The translations under genes and the position numbers were made by a program. 64,000 nucleotides of DNA from positions 58,609 to 122,608 of the forward strand of contig JAURFU010000002.1 in assembly GCA_030834165.1 (NCBI GenBank), read 5' to 3'. This DNA is from Verrucomicrobiota bacterium (GTDB lineage: Bacteria > Verrucomicrobiota > Verrucomicrobiia > Opitutales > UBA953). The notes below the pieces were generated by a model, which did no database searches, was not told where the DNA came from, and saw only the letters and a program-made list of their open reading frames with translations. Shown here one piece after another: positions 27,265 through 36,714 of the stretch; position 1 is the first letter of the stretch; each line of letters starts with the position of its first letter.

Positions 27265-28605
27265 ATGAGACCTATCCTCACCCTCCTCGGGGCCCTGCTG
27301 TTCGCCCCGCTGGTCGCCTGGCCGGCGGTCGACGCGCCGAAGAAGTCCGCTCAACCCAACATCGTCTTCATCTATGCCGATGACTGGGGCTGGGGAGACC
27401 TCTCCTGCCACGGTAACACGTGGCTGAAGACCCCGCGCCTCGATAAACTGGCCAGCGAGGGCATCGACTTCCAGCAGTTCAACGTGCTGAGCCCGGTGTG
27501 TTCACCCAGTCGCGCGGCGGCCATGACGGGGCGTTTCCCCGGCCGCTTCGGCATCAACACGGTTTTCGGCGTCACCAAGCCGCCGGAGATGCCCGACTGG
27601 CTGGACCCCCGGGCGCCCACGATCGCCCGCCTGCTCAAGGCTGCGGGATATCGCACCGGACACTTCGGTAAGTGGCATCTGGGCGAAGGCACCCCGACCA
27701 TGTCGGACTACGGCATTGACGACTCCGCCGTCTATCACGGGCCAGGGCCGAAAGTCGGGCCCTACGGCAACGACATCCCGAACCAGGCGATCAAGTTCAT
27801 CGAGGCGAACAAAGACCGACCGTTCTATGTCAACGTATGGCTCCACGAAAGCCACCTGGCTCACAGCCCTTCGGCCAAGGCCATGGCACAGTGGAAACAC
27901 CTCGACCCCCGGCAGCAGGTCTACGCCGCGGTCATCACCGATGGCGACGACAAGGTCGGCCTGATCCTCGATGCGCTGGAGCGGTGCGGCATCGCCCAGG
28001 ATACTTTGGTGGTTTTTTCCAGCGATAACGGCCCGGCGAAACCCAAAGCGAACGACCAAGGCGTCCCTGGAAAATATCGCGGCCACTACAACGTCGGCGA
28101 AACCGGCGGACTGCGCGGCCAGAAAACCAGCCTCTTCGAAGGCGGCGTGCGGGTGCCGTTCATCGTGCGCTGGCCCGGCCGCGCGCCGGCTGGTCTGAAA
28201 AACGACGCCACCGTCCTAACGGCGGTGGACCTACTCCCGACGTTCTGCGCTATCGCTGGAATCAACCCGCCCGATCAAGTCGACGGCGAGAACCTGCTGC
28301 CGGCCCTCAAGGGCGAATCGGTTCGGCGCACGCGGCCCATCTTCTGGCGCATCAGCGGCAATCGGAGAGAAGCGGACTACTGGCCTGATCTGGCAGTGCG
28401 CGAGGGAGACTGGAAACTGGTCACCACCTTCGACGGAAAGCGTTCCGAACTCTACAATCTACCAGCAAACCGAGCTGAAGATGTGGCTAAAAATCAGGCG
28501 AAGGAACACCCGCAGGTCGTCGCCCGCCTGACCCAGCTCGCGCTGGAGTGGAACGCCACACTGCCCACCAAGGCGGACCCCGCCTGCTCGGCGAAACCGC
28601 GATAA
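27265..28605 (+). CDS. Secreted Cys-type sulfatase (lower-GC block)
   Basis: In-frame ATG 27265 gives MRPILTLLGALLFAPLVAWPA, followed by PNIVFIYADDWGWGD, CSPSRAAAMTGR, GKWHLG and SSDNG. The track start GTG 27202 lies inside the upstream gene. Confidence 0.9.
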   Translation: MRPILTLLGALLFAPLVAWPAVDAPKKSAQPNIVFIYADDWGWGDLSCHGNTWLKTPRLDKLASEGIDFQQFNVLSPVCSPSRAAAMTGRFPGRFGINTVFGVTKPPEMPDWLDPRAPTIARLLKAAGYRTGHFGKWHLGEGTPTMSDYGIDDSAVYHGPGPKVGPYGNDIPNQAIKFIEANKDRPFYVNVWLHESHLAHSPSAKAMAQWKHLDPRQQVYAAVITDGDDKVGLILDALERCGIAQDTLVVFSSDNGPAKPKANDQGVPGKYRGHYNVGETGGLRGQKTSLFEGGVRVPFIVRWPGRAPAGLKNDATVLTAVDLLPTFCAIAGINPPDQVDGENLLPALKGESVRRTRPIFWRISGNRREADYWPDLAVREGDWKLVTTFDGKRSELYNLPANRAEDVAKNQAKEHPQVVARLTQLALEWNATLPTKADPACSAKPR

Positions 28606-28664
28606 GCCCGGCGGAAGGAAAAGCAGGCTGGAGCGGTGTGTCGTCCGCTGATTGACTGCGGTCG

Positions 28665-29435
28665 ATGCTCGATTGGATCCATAGCCAGACCCTGCTGCCT
28701 GCCGACGGCTGGATCCTGCTGCTCGCGCTCTTCGGCGCGCTCTGCATCGGCTTGTCCAAGTCCGGCCTGGCCGGTACGGCCACCCTCAACGTGGTCATCA
28801 TGGCCAAGATCTTCGACGCCAAGCCTTCCGTGGGTATCGTCCTACCGATGCTCATCGTGGCTGACCTGATGGGCTACCTCATCAACCGCCAAGGCGGCAG
28901 CTGGCGGCAGATCCTGCCCATGATCCCGGCGGCGGTCGTCGGCGTCGTTGCCGGCTGGTTCCTACTCGACCGGGTCGACAATGGTTCCGCCCGCATCGTC
29001 ATCGGCGTGCTTATCCTCGCCCTGCTCGCCTTCAACGTCGTCCTCCACCATCGGCGCGAGCAGCTTCTGGCCCTCACCCGCCATCGTACCTTCACCTGGG
29101 GCATGGGCGGCATCGCGGGCATCGCCACAATGCTCGCCAACGCAGCCGGCCCGGTGATGACGGTCTACCTGCTCGCCCAGCGCTTGGAGAAAAAAGAGCA
29201 CCTCGGCGTGTTCTGCCGTTTCTTCCTTTTCATCAACCTCTTCAAGCTGCCCTTCAGCGGCAAACTGGGACTCGTCACCGGACCATCACTCATGACCAAT
29301 CTGGTGCTACTGCCCGGGGTGATCGCGGGCATCGTGCTCGGCTGGCAAATCCTGAAGCGTATCAAGCAGGACGCCTTCGAATCCGTGCTGGCCTGGCTGA
29401 CCGCATTTGCCGCGGTCTGGCTGATCGTCGGCTGA
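28665..29435 (+). CDS. TauE/SafE (TSUP, DUF81) family anion permease
   Basis: A 256-aa polytopic hydrophobic protein with LLLALFGALCIGLSKSGLAG near the N-terminus and a repeated half (GIAGIATMLANAAGPVMTVYLL), typical of the sulfite/sulfonate exporter family. Confidence 0.8.
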   Translation: MLDWIHSQTLLPADGWILLLALFGALCIGLSKSGLAGTATLNVVIMAKIFDAKPSVGIVLPMLIVADLMGYLINRQGGSWRQILPMIPAAVVGVVAGWFLLDRVDNGSARIVIGVLILALLAFNVVLHHRREQLLALTRHRTFTWGMGGIAGIATMLANAAGPVMTVYLLAQRLEKKEHLGVFCRFFLFINLFKLPFSGKLGLVTGPSLMTNLVLLPGVIAGIVLGWQILKRIKQDAFESVLAWLTAFAAVWLIVG

Positions 29436-29477
29436 CCGCTTGACTCCGCTCGGCGGGAAAGCGGAAATAAGGGTCTT

Positions 29478-30434
29478 ATGAAGACCCCGCTGCTAGCCCT
29501 CCTCGCCGGCCTCGCCCTCGTCGGCTGCCAGACCCCGGAAACCGCCCCCGCCACCCCGGCCAAGAGCGCTCCCGTCGCCGCTCCGGCCAAGGCCGTGCCG
29601 GCCCAGCGCAACCTCGCCGTGGGCGCCACGCCCGAGAGCGTCACCAAAGGTTTCGGCGGCAAGTATTTCGTGACCCTCATGGGCACCTCACGCAAGGCCG
29701 GTGACGGCGACGGCAAGATCGTGAAGGTCGACGGCGACAAGGTCACCACCCTCACCGAAGGACTCGACGACCCGAAGGGCATCGTCTTCGTCGCAAACCG
29801 CCTCATCACCGCCGACTTCGACAAGGTCTGGTCCATCGACGCCAAGGGCAAGAAGACCCTCCTCGCCGGCCCCGCGGCCTTCCCCACCCCGCCCACCTTC
29901 CTCAACGACGTCGTCGTCTCGCCCGATAAGAAGAGCGTACTCATCACCGACATGGGCGCGGTCACTAAGATGCGCGATGCCAATGGTATTCTCTTCGCCA
30001 TCAACAGCCCGGAGCACAAGGCCATCCCGGTCATCGCCCGCGTCTTCCAAGTCACCCTCGAAGGCAAGGTCACCGAAGTCATCGCTCCGACCCCCAAGAT
30101 GCTCAACCCGAACGGCATCGACGTCATGGCCAACGGTCGTATCCGCATCGCGGAATTCTTCACCGGCGACGTACTCGAATACAACAAGGGCAAGTGGAAG
30201 ACCCTCGCCAAGGGCCACCGCTCCGGCGACGGCATCGTCCACGACTCCAAAGGTCGCTTCTACGTCTCCGAAGTCATGACCGGCCGCGTCACCCGCTACG
30301 AAGCCGACGGCTCCGCCCCCAAGGAACTCGGCACGGGCCTCAAGGCCGCCGCCGACCATTACCTCGACGAGAAGGCCGGCGTGCTCATCGTCCCGGACAG
30401 CAAGGCCGGCGAGCTGGTCTTCCTGGCCCTGTAA
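29478..30434 (+). CDS. Lipoprotein, six-bladed beta-propeller of SMP-30/gluconolactonase/NHL type (tentative)
   Basis: It has a lipobox (LALVGC) and an Ala/Pro linker. Repeated strand patterns follow (PKGIVFV..RLITAD, NDVVVSPD, PNGIDV, GDGIVHDSKGRFYVSE). The fold assignment is by eye only. Confidence 0.55.
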   Translation: MKTPLLALLAGLALVGCQTPETAPATPAKSAPVAAPAKAVPAQRNLAVGATPESVTKGFGGKYFVTLMGTSRKAGDGDGKIVKVDGDKVTTLTEGLDDPKGIVFVANRLITADFDKVWSIDAKGKKTLLAGPAAFPTPPTFLNDVVVSPDKKSVLITDMGAVTKMRDANGILFAINSPEHKAIPVIARVFQVTLEGKVTEVIAPTPKMLNPNGIDVMANGRIRIAEFFTGDVLEYNKGKWKTLAKGHRSGDGIVHDSKGRFYVSEVMTGRVTRYEADGSAPKELGTGLKAAADHYLDEKAGVLIVPDSKAGELVFLAL

Positions 30435-30555
30435 GTCGGCCCAGGACCGGAGACAGGACCAAGGCCGGGGTCAGCCAAACTGACCCAAAACCTTTCCTTC
30501 GCGCGGAGGTCTCATATCCGTCCTAGTTCCATTCCTTGACCAAGCCCTCCGTGAA

Positions 30556-32859
30556 ATGACGCGTCATTCCCTGACCACCCCTGCTCTCCTCGTCCTCGCG
30601 GCCGCGGCGGGCGCGGTGTCACCGGAGGACGCCACGTTCTTCAGGTCCGACATCCGCCCCCTGCTTTCGCTCTACTGCGTGGAGTGCCACAAGGAGGGCA
30701 AGGACGCGGACTTCATGACGGTCAAGGACCTGAGCCAGCTGCACACGCAGCGCGGCAATTTCCGCAGCGCGGTGGAGCAGCTGCGCAACCGCACGATGCC
30801 TCCGCCCAAGGAGGACCAGCCCAGCGAGGACGAACGACGCCAGATCGCCGACTGGCTCGAACGCGTCCTCCGCGAGACCGCCAAGGAGATGGGACCCTAC
30901 GCCGGCACGGTCACGGCCCGCCGCCTCAACCGGCTCGAATACGACAACACGATCCGCGACCTGCTCGGGTTGAAGATGAAGTTCTCGCAGACGTTCCCGT
31001 CCGACGGCGGCGGCGGCGAAGGCTTCGACAACAACGGCGAGACGCTCTTCCTGCCGGTCATCCTGATGGAGCGCTACCTCGACGCCGCCGAAGCGATCGT
31101 CGACGAAGCCGTCATCGTCCCCGAAACACGCCGCACCTTCCGGCCGGCCGACTTCGCGCCCGGTTCATCGGCCGATGGCAGGCTCAAGACGGGCCAGGAA
31201 GCCTCCGTCTCCTTCCCGGTCACGATGACCGCGCCCCACGCGCTCACGATCCAAGGGAAGGCTCTCGGCCAAGCCAAGGCGAAGGTGCGGCTGAAGGTCG
31301 ACGGCATCGCGGCGCAGTCCTTCGAACTCGACCCCAAGGCACCCCAGCCCGTCGTCCTCCAGCTCCGCTTCTTCCGCGGGCCCCACCAGCTCACCCTCGT
31401 CACGGAAGCCGGCGAAGCCGAGTTCAGCAGCCTCGAGCTGGTCGACCTGCCGAAGCCGGTCACCGCCGAACGCAAGGAAGCACATCGCCGCCTGCTCGGG
31501 GACGCGAGCTCCGCGAGCCTGGCGGGCAAGTCCGCCGCCGAACGTCGCGCCGTCGCGTCGCAGCTGCTCCGGAAATTCGCCCGTCTGGCCTACCGGACGC
31601 CGGTCACGGAAAAGGACGTCGCGAAGAACCTCGCGCTCTTCGAGCGCTCGGCTTCCCGCGGCGAGAACTTCGAGACGTCGATGAAGCTCGCGCTGCGCGG
31701 CATCCTCGCCTCGCCCCGCTTCCTCTTCCGCGCCGAGCAGGACCATGCCGAGCCCGGCGTCCGTCCCGTCACCGACCACGAACTCGCCGCCCGCCTCTCC
31801 TACTTCCTCTGGAACAGCACGCCCGACGCCGAACTCGACCGGCTCGCCGACGCGGGTCAGTTGAACGAACACGCCCGGCTGGAGGCTCAGCTTACGCGCA
31901 TGCTCGCGGACCCCAAGGCGGACTCCTTCATCCGGAACTTCACCGAACAATGGCTCGGCACCAAGGCCGTCGGCGAGACGGTCCCGCTGGCTCCCGAGGC
32001 GGACGACGCGAAAGGCATCTACAACGCCAGGATCGGGGCTGACATGCGCGCGGAAGCCGTGGCGATGGTCGATTACCTGTTCCGCGGCGACCGCAGCCTC
32101 CTCGAGCTCATCTCGGCCGACTACAGTTTCATCAACGGACGGCTCGCCGATTACTACGGCATCCCCGGCGTCAAAGGGGATGCGCTCCGCAAGGTGGTGC
32201 TCAAGGACAACCTGCGCGGCGGCGTGCTCGGGCTCGGCGCCGTCCAGATGCTGACCTCCCCCGGACGACGCACGAGCCCGGTGCTCCGCGGCGCCTGGGT
32301 CCTCGATACGCTCATGGGTACGCCCGTCCCCGCCCCGCCCGCGAACATCCCTCCGCTCGAGGCCGCGAGCACCAAGCAGAAGAAAGCCAGCTCGCTCTCC
32401 CTGCGCGAGAAGCTCGAGGTGCACCGCGCCGACGCCACGTGCGCCTCCTGCCATGACGTCATCGACCCGATCGGCTTCTCGATGGAGCACTTCGACCGCA
32501 TCGGCCGCTGGCGCGACCTCGACGAGAAAAAGAAGCCCATCGACGCCTCGGGCAAGACCGCTTCGGGACAGGCCTTCAAGGACCTCGACGAATTCAAGGC
32601 GATCCTCCTGACGCGCAAACGGGACTTCGCCCGCCAGATGACCTCCAAGCTCCTGGGCTACGCCCTCGGCCGCAGCCTCGTCGACCGTGACGACGGCACG
32701 ATCGAACAGATCGTCGACCGCCTCGAAGCCAACGACTTCAAGGCCCAGACCCTGCTCCGCGAGGTCGTCCTGAGCACGCCCTTCCGCAACCGCAACGAGC
32801 TCGCGCTCGCGACCCCGAAGCACAAGAAGGCCGCCAAGGCCGAAAAAGAGGAGAAATGA
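30556..32859 (+). CDS. DUF1592/DUF1595/DUF1587/DUF1588/DUF1585-type (PSCyt3/PSD2-5) heme-c protein
   Basis: It has a signal peptide and two C-x-x-C-H sites, CVECH at 30676-30690 and CASCH at 32440-32454. Family blocks are RRLNRLEYDNTIRDLLG, FLWNSTPDAEL, TSPVLRGAWVLDTLMGTPVPAPPANIPPLE and CASCHDVIDPIGFSMEHFD. It ends in a Lys-rich tail PKHKKAAKAEKEEK. Confidence 0.9.
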   Translation: MTRHSLTTPALLVLAAAAGAVSPEDATFFRSDIRPLLSLYCVECHKEGKDADFMTVKDLSQLHTQRGNFRSAVEQLRNRTMPPPKEDQPSEDERRQIADWLERVLRETAKEMGPYAGTVTARRLNRLEYDNTIRDLLGLKMKFSQTFPSDGGGGEGFDNNGETLFLPVILMERYLDAAEAIVDEAVIVPETRRTFRPADFAPGSSADGRLKTGQEASVSFPVTMTAPHALTIQGKALGQAKAKVRLKVDGIAAQSFELDPKAPQPVVLQLRFFRGPHQLTLVTEAGEAEFSSLELVDLPKPVTAERKEAHRRLLGDASSASLAGKSAAERRAVASQLLRKFARLAYRTPVTEKDVAKNLALFERSASRGENFETSMKLALRGILASPRFLFRAEQDHAEPGVRPVTDHELAARLSYFLWNSTPDAELDRLADAGQLNEHARLEAQLTRMLADPKADSFIRNFTEQWLGTKAVGETVPLAPEADDAKGIYNARIGADMRAEAVAMVDYLFRGDRSLLELISADYSFINGRLADYYGIPGVKGDALRKVVLKDNLRGGVLGLGAVQMLTSPGRRTSPVLRGAWVLDTLMGTPVPAPPANIPPLEAASTKQKKASSLSLREKLEVHRADATCASCHDVIDPIGFSMEHFDRIGRWRDLDEKKKPIDASGKTASGQAFKDLDEFKAILLTRKRDFARQMTSKLLGYALGRSLVDRDDGTIEQIVDRLEANDFKAQTLLREVVLSTPFRNRNELALATPKHKKAAKAEKEEK

Positions 32860-32932
32860 CCGCTTCCGCCGGATTTGCCTTCCCTGACCACGTGGCTTAA
32901 CTGACCCTACTCCCGCCCCCCTTTTTAGCCCG

Positions 32933-34303
32933 ATGTTCCGCCCCATCTCCCGACGAACGATGCTCCGCGGCTGCGGCGCCGCCCTCGCGCTGCCGTTGAT
33001 GGAAGCGATGGTGCCGGCCGCCAAAGCGGACCAGCGTCTCGCCAAGCCGCCGCTCCGCACGGGCTACTTCTTCATGCCGAACGGGGTGAACGAGCGTCGC
33101 TGGCGTCCGGAAGGCAACGATGAGCGCTTCGAACTCTCCCCAACCCTCGCCCCCTTCAAGGCGGTGAAGGATAAGATCACGCTCCTCGAAAACCTCACCA
33201 ACCAGCGCACCGCCGGACGGAACGGGCACTGGCCCAAGGTGCCGGCCTGGCTGCATGGCGGCTTCGTGAAGCGTAACGCCGGCAGCGACATCGACGTGGG
33301 CGGGATCTCCGCCGACCAGGTCCTCGCGGATGCGATCGGCAACCAGACGCCGCTCCCCAGTTTCGAACTCGGCCTCGAACCCACGCGCTCCGGGGTCGAC
33401 AACGCCGGCGGCGGTTTCGCGATGCTCTACGGCTCGCATCTCGCCTGGCGCGACCCGCACACCCCGGTCCCGAAGGAAATCGTCCCCCAGCTCGCCTTCG
33501 ACCGCCTCTTCCGCACCGCCTCGGCCGGGCCCGTGGTCTCCGGCTTCAATCCGAACCAGAAGGCCGTCACCGACGCCCTGCAGCGCGACGACCTCAGCGT
33601 GCTCGACGCCGTCAGCGAGGACGTCTGGCTGCTCAAGGGTAAGATTAGTTCGGCCGACCGCGTGAAGCTGGACGAATACATGGAGTCCGTCCGGGCCGTC
33701 GAAAAGCGCATCGAGAACTCCCTCAAGCCCCAGAAGCGCTGGATCAACGCCGGACGCTTCGACATCCCGCGCCCCGGCCCCGGCATCCCCAAGGACCATC
33801 GTGAGCACGTGAAGCAGATGCTCGACATCCTCGCGCTGGCCTTCTGGACCGACTCGACGCGCATCAGCACGTTCATGATCGGCGACGCCCAGTCCGGCCG
33901 CCGTTTCGACTTCCTCGACGGGGTCAACAACTACTGGCACGGCCTCTCGCACCACCAGAACGAAGCTTCCACGATGGCCCAGTATACCAAGGTCATCGAA
34001 TGGAACGTAGCCCAGTTCGCCGCGTTCTGCGAGAAGCTCGACTCCCTCCAGGAAGGCGAAGGCACCGTCCTCGACCACTGTCAGCTCCTCTACGGGTGCT
34101 CGATCCGCGACGGCAACAAGCACGATATCGACGACCTGCCCCTCCTCCTGGCAGGCCGTGGCGCCGGCACGATCCGCTCCGGCCGACGCATCATTTCGCC
34201 GAAGAAGACCCCGATGTGCAACCTGCACCTCGCCCTCATGGAGCGCATGGGCGTCAAGAAAGACAGCTTCGGCGACAGCACCGGCGTCCTGCAGCTGGCC
34301 TGA
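32933..34303 (+). CDS. DUF1552 (HXXSHH) family protein, Tat-type signal
   Basis: The N-terminus MFRPISRRTMLRGCGAALALPLMEAM is typical of the family, and the HGLSHH motif is present. It is the canonical downstream partner of DUF1592-family genes. Confidence 0.9.
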   Translation: MFRPISRRTMLRGCGAALALPLMEAMVPAAKADQRLAKPPLRTGYFFMPNGVNERRWRPEGNDERFELSPTLAPFKAVKDKITLLENLTNQRTAGRNGHWPKVPAWLHGGFVKRNAGSDIDVGGISADQVLADAIGNQTPLPSFELGLEPTRSGVDNAGGGFAMLYGSHLAWRDPHTPVPKEIVPQLAFDRLFRTASAGPVVSGFNPNQKAVTDALQRDDLSVLDAVSEDVWLLKGKISSADRVKLDEYMESVRAVEKRIENSLKPQKRWINAGRFDIPRPGPGIPKDHREHVKQMLDILALAFWTDSTRISTFMIGDAQSGRRFDFLDGVNNYWHGLSHHQNEASTMAQYTKVIEWNVAQFAAFCEKLDSLQEGEGTVLDHCQLLYGCSIRDGNKHDIDDLPLLLAGRGAGTIRSGRRIISPKKTPMCNLHLALMERMGVKKDSFGDSTGVLQLA

Positions 34304-34387
34304 GCAAGAACCCCTCCGGAGGGAGCCCAGGGGTGATTTGCATATTTGCCCTGCGGCGGCTTTGCACGCTATCTTCGGTTCACCCCC

Positions 34388-35173
34388 ATGAACTCCCTGC
34401 GTCTCCTCCTCCTCGCGCTCTCCGCGTCCGTCTTCGCCCAAGACGGGTTCAAGCCCCTGTTCAACGGCAAGGACCTCTCGGGTTGGGACGGAGAACCTGG
34501 CCTCTGGGCCGTCGAAGACGGCGTGATCGTCGGTACGAGCGAAGTCGGCAAGCCGAAGACGAATTCGTTCCTGATCTGGAACGGCAAGGTCAAGGACTTC
34601 GAACTGCGCGCCACGGTCAAGGTCGTCGGCGACAACAACTCCGGCGTGCAATACCGCAGCCGTCGCCTGCCCGAGATCACCCCTTGGACGATCCTCGGCT
34701 ACCAATGCGACGTCCACCCGACCGACGTCCACACCGCGATGACCTACGAAGAACGCGGCCGCGGCATCTTCGGCTACAACGGCGTCGACGTGGTGATGGA
34801 CCCGACGGGCCAGCGCTGGCAGGTCGGCGAACGGCCGCGCGTGCAGGCCGACATCTCCCAGTACAACGAGTTCACGGTCATCGCCCGCGGCAACCGCCTC
34901 GAGCACAAGGTCAACGGCCAGACGACCTCGGTCTTCATCGACCACGACGAGAAGGGCCGCGCCCTCGAAGGCCTCATCGCCATCCAGCTCCACGCCGGCA
35001 ACCCCCACAAGACCTACGTGAAGCAGGTCCTGCTCAAGGTCCTCGAAGACGGCCCCGTGCTCGCCTTCGACCAGGCCGCCCTGCCTGCCGGCGCGAAGAA
35101 GATCGATAAGCCCAAGGTCGTCAGCGCCCAGGGCAAGAACCCGCCCGCCAAGAAGGCTCCGGCCAAGAAGTAA
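34388..35173 (+). CDS. Secreted DUF1080 (3-keto-disaccharide hydrolase family) protein
   Basis: In-frame ATG 34388. It has a signal peptide and FKPLFNGKDLSGWDG...WAVEDGVIVG...DFELRATVKV..NNSGVQYRS...YNEFTVIARGNRLEHKVNG...IAIQLH. It ends in a Lys-rich tail KKIDKPKVVSAQGKNPPAKKAPAKK. Confidence 0.9.
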   Translation: MNSLRLLLLALSASVFAQDGFKPLFNGKDLSGWDGEPGLWAVEDGVIVGTSEVGKPKTNSFLIWNGKVKDFELRATVKVVGDNNSGVQYRSRRLPEITPWTILGYQCDVHPTDVHTAMTYEERGRGIFGYNGVDVVMDPTGQRWQVGERPRVQADISQYNEFTVIARGNRLEHKVNGQTTSVFIDHDEKGRALEGLIAIQLHAGNPHKTYVKQVLLKVLEDGPVLAFDQAALPAGAKKIDKPKVVSAQGKNPPAKKAPAKK

Positions 35174-35177
35174 GCCC

Positions 35178-36608
35178 ATGCGCGCTTTCTTCCTCCTGCT
35201 CTCGGCCTGCTTCGCCGCCCAGCTCCCGGCGGCCCGCCCCAACATCCTCCACATCCACGCCGACGACCACCGGGCCGACGGCTTGGGCGCGCTCGGCGCG
35301 CCCGGGCTGATCACCCCGAACCTCGACACGCTCGTCGCCCGGGGCCTGACGTTCACGAGGGCCTACACGCAAGGTTCGATGATCGGCGCGGTCTGCACGC
35401 CCAGCCGCACGATGATGCTCACCGGCCGGTCGTGGCAGCGGATCCCGGGCGCCAAGGACGCCCGGCCCGAAGCCGCGCGGCCCGAGACCTTCCTGCCGAG
35501 CGTGCTCGCCGCCGCGGGTTACCGTACGTGGCACATGGGCAAAGGCGGCAACGCCTTCACCGAAGGACTCCGCACCTTCCAGACGAGCATCGTCGACGAC
35601 GCCAAGAAGGCGGACGACCCCGCCACCGACCGGGCGCATGCCAGCCAGCGCCTCGCCGACCGGACGATCGCCTTCCTGAAGGAACACGCCGCCCGCCGGG
35701 ACGGGGCGCCCTTCTACGCCTACCTGGCGCCGCCCGTACCGCACGATCCGCGCTCGGCCGAGCCTCGCTTCCATGCGATGTATGACGCCTCGAAGATGAC
35801 GCTCTCGCCGGCCTTCCTGCCCGTCCACCCCTGGGACAACGGCGAGATGACCGTCCGCGACGAACGCCTCGCCCCTTGGCCGCGCACCCCGGACGACACG
35901 CGCCGCCAGACCGCCGACTACTACGCCTGCGTCACCGGGCTCGACCACCATGTCGGCCGCATCTTCTCCGCGCTGAGGGAAACCGGACAGTGGGAGAACA
36001 CGGTGATCGTCTTCTCGGGCGACAACGGCCTGTCGCTCGGTGAGCACGGCCTCTTCGGCAAGCAGAACCTCTACGAACGCGGAGGCATGCACGTGCCGCT
36101 CGTCATCGCGGGCCCGGGCATCCCGCACGGCCGCACCGAGGCCTTCGCCTACCTGATGGATCTCTTCCCGACGTTCGCCAAGCTGGCGGACGCCAAACTC
36201 CCCGAGGGCGTCGAAGGGAAGGACCTGTTGCCCGTGATCCGCGGCGAAAAGCCGTCCGTCCGGCCGGTCGCCTACCTCGGCTATCGTGATTGCATGCGCT
36301 CGATCAGCGATGGCCGCTGGAAGCTCATCCGCTATCCGCTGGTCGACCGCACCCAGCTCTTCGACCTTTCGACCGATCCGCACGAACTGTCCAACCTCGC
36401 GGGACGACCCGAGCAGGCCGACCGGGAAAAAGCCCTGCTGGACCTGCTGGCCGCCGAGATGCGCCGCCATGGCGATGGCTTCCCGCTGTCCGTGTCCACG
36501 CCCGCCAAGGCGGAATGGACGCCGCCCACCTCTCGGCAACTCGCCGCCGAAGACGCGTCCGCCCAGGTCCGTCGTAAGAAAAAAGGCGGCGCTCCGGCCA
36601 AGAAGTAA
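35178..36608 (+). CDS. Secreted Cys-type sulfatase
   Basis: It has a signal peptide, PNILHIHADDHRADGLG, CTPSRTMMLTGR and SGDNG. The tail is RRKKKGGAPAKK. Confidence 0.9.
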   Translation: MRAFFLLLSACFAAQLPAARPNILHIHADDHRADGLGALGAPGLITPNLDTLVARGLTFTRAYTQGSMIGAVCTPSRTMMLTGRSWQRIPGAKDARPEAARPETFLPSVLAAAGYRTWHMGKGGNAFTEGLRTFQTSIVDDAKKADDPATDRAHASQRLADRTIAFLKEHAARRDGAPFYAYLAPPVPHDPRSAEPRFHAMYDASKMTLSPAFLPVHPWDNGEMTVRDERLAPWPRTPDDTRRQTADYYACVTGLDHHVGRIFSALRETGQWENTVIVFSGDNGLSLGEHGLFGKQNLYERGGMHVPLVIAGPGIPHGRTEAFAYLMDLFPTFAKLADAKLPEGVEGKDLLPVIRGEKPSVRPVAYLGYRDCMRSISDGRWKLIRYPLVDRTQLFDLSTDPHELSNLAGRPEQADREKALLDLLAAEMRRHGDGFPLSVSTPAKAEWTPPTSRQLAAEDASAQVRRKKKGGAPAKK

Positions 36609-36622
36609 GCCTCGAACCTATC

Positions 36623-36684
36623 CCGCCCGACGGGGTCAGACCCTCTTAATGGGGTCTGACCCCATTTCCGTCTTTGCCCTCCCC
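36623..36684 (+). repeat. Copy B of the GGGGTCAGACCC hairpin repeat family (possible terminator)
   Basis: GGGGTCAGACCC (36632-36643) pairs with GGGTCTGACCCC (36652-36663). The flanks CCGCCCGAC upstream and CCCCATT..CTTTGCCCTCCCC downstream are shared with copy A (17084-17150). Confidence 0.75.
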
Positions 36685-36714
36685 GCGGCTTGCCCCGTAA
36701 TTTCACCATACCCC

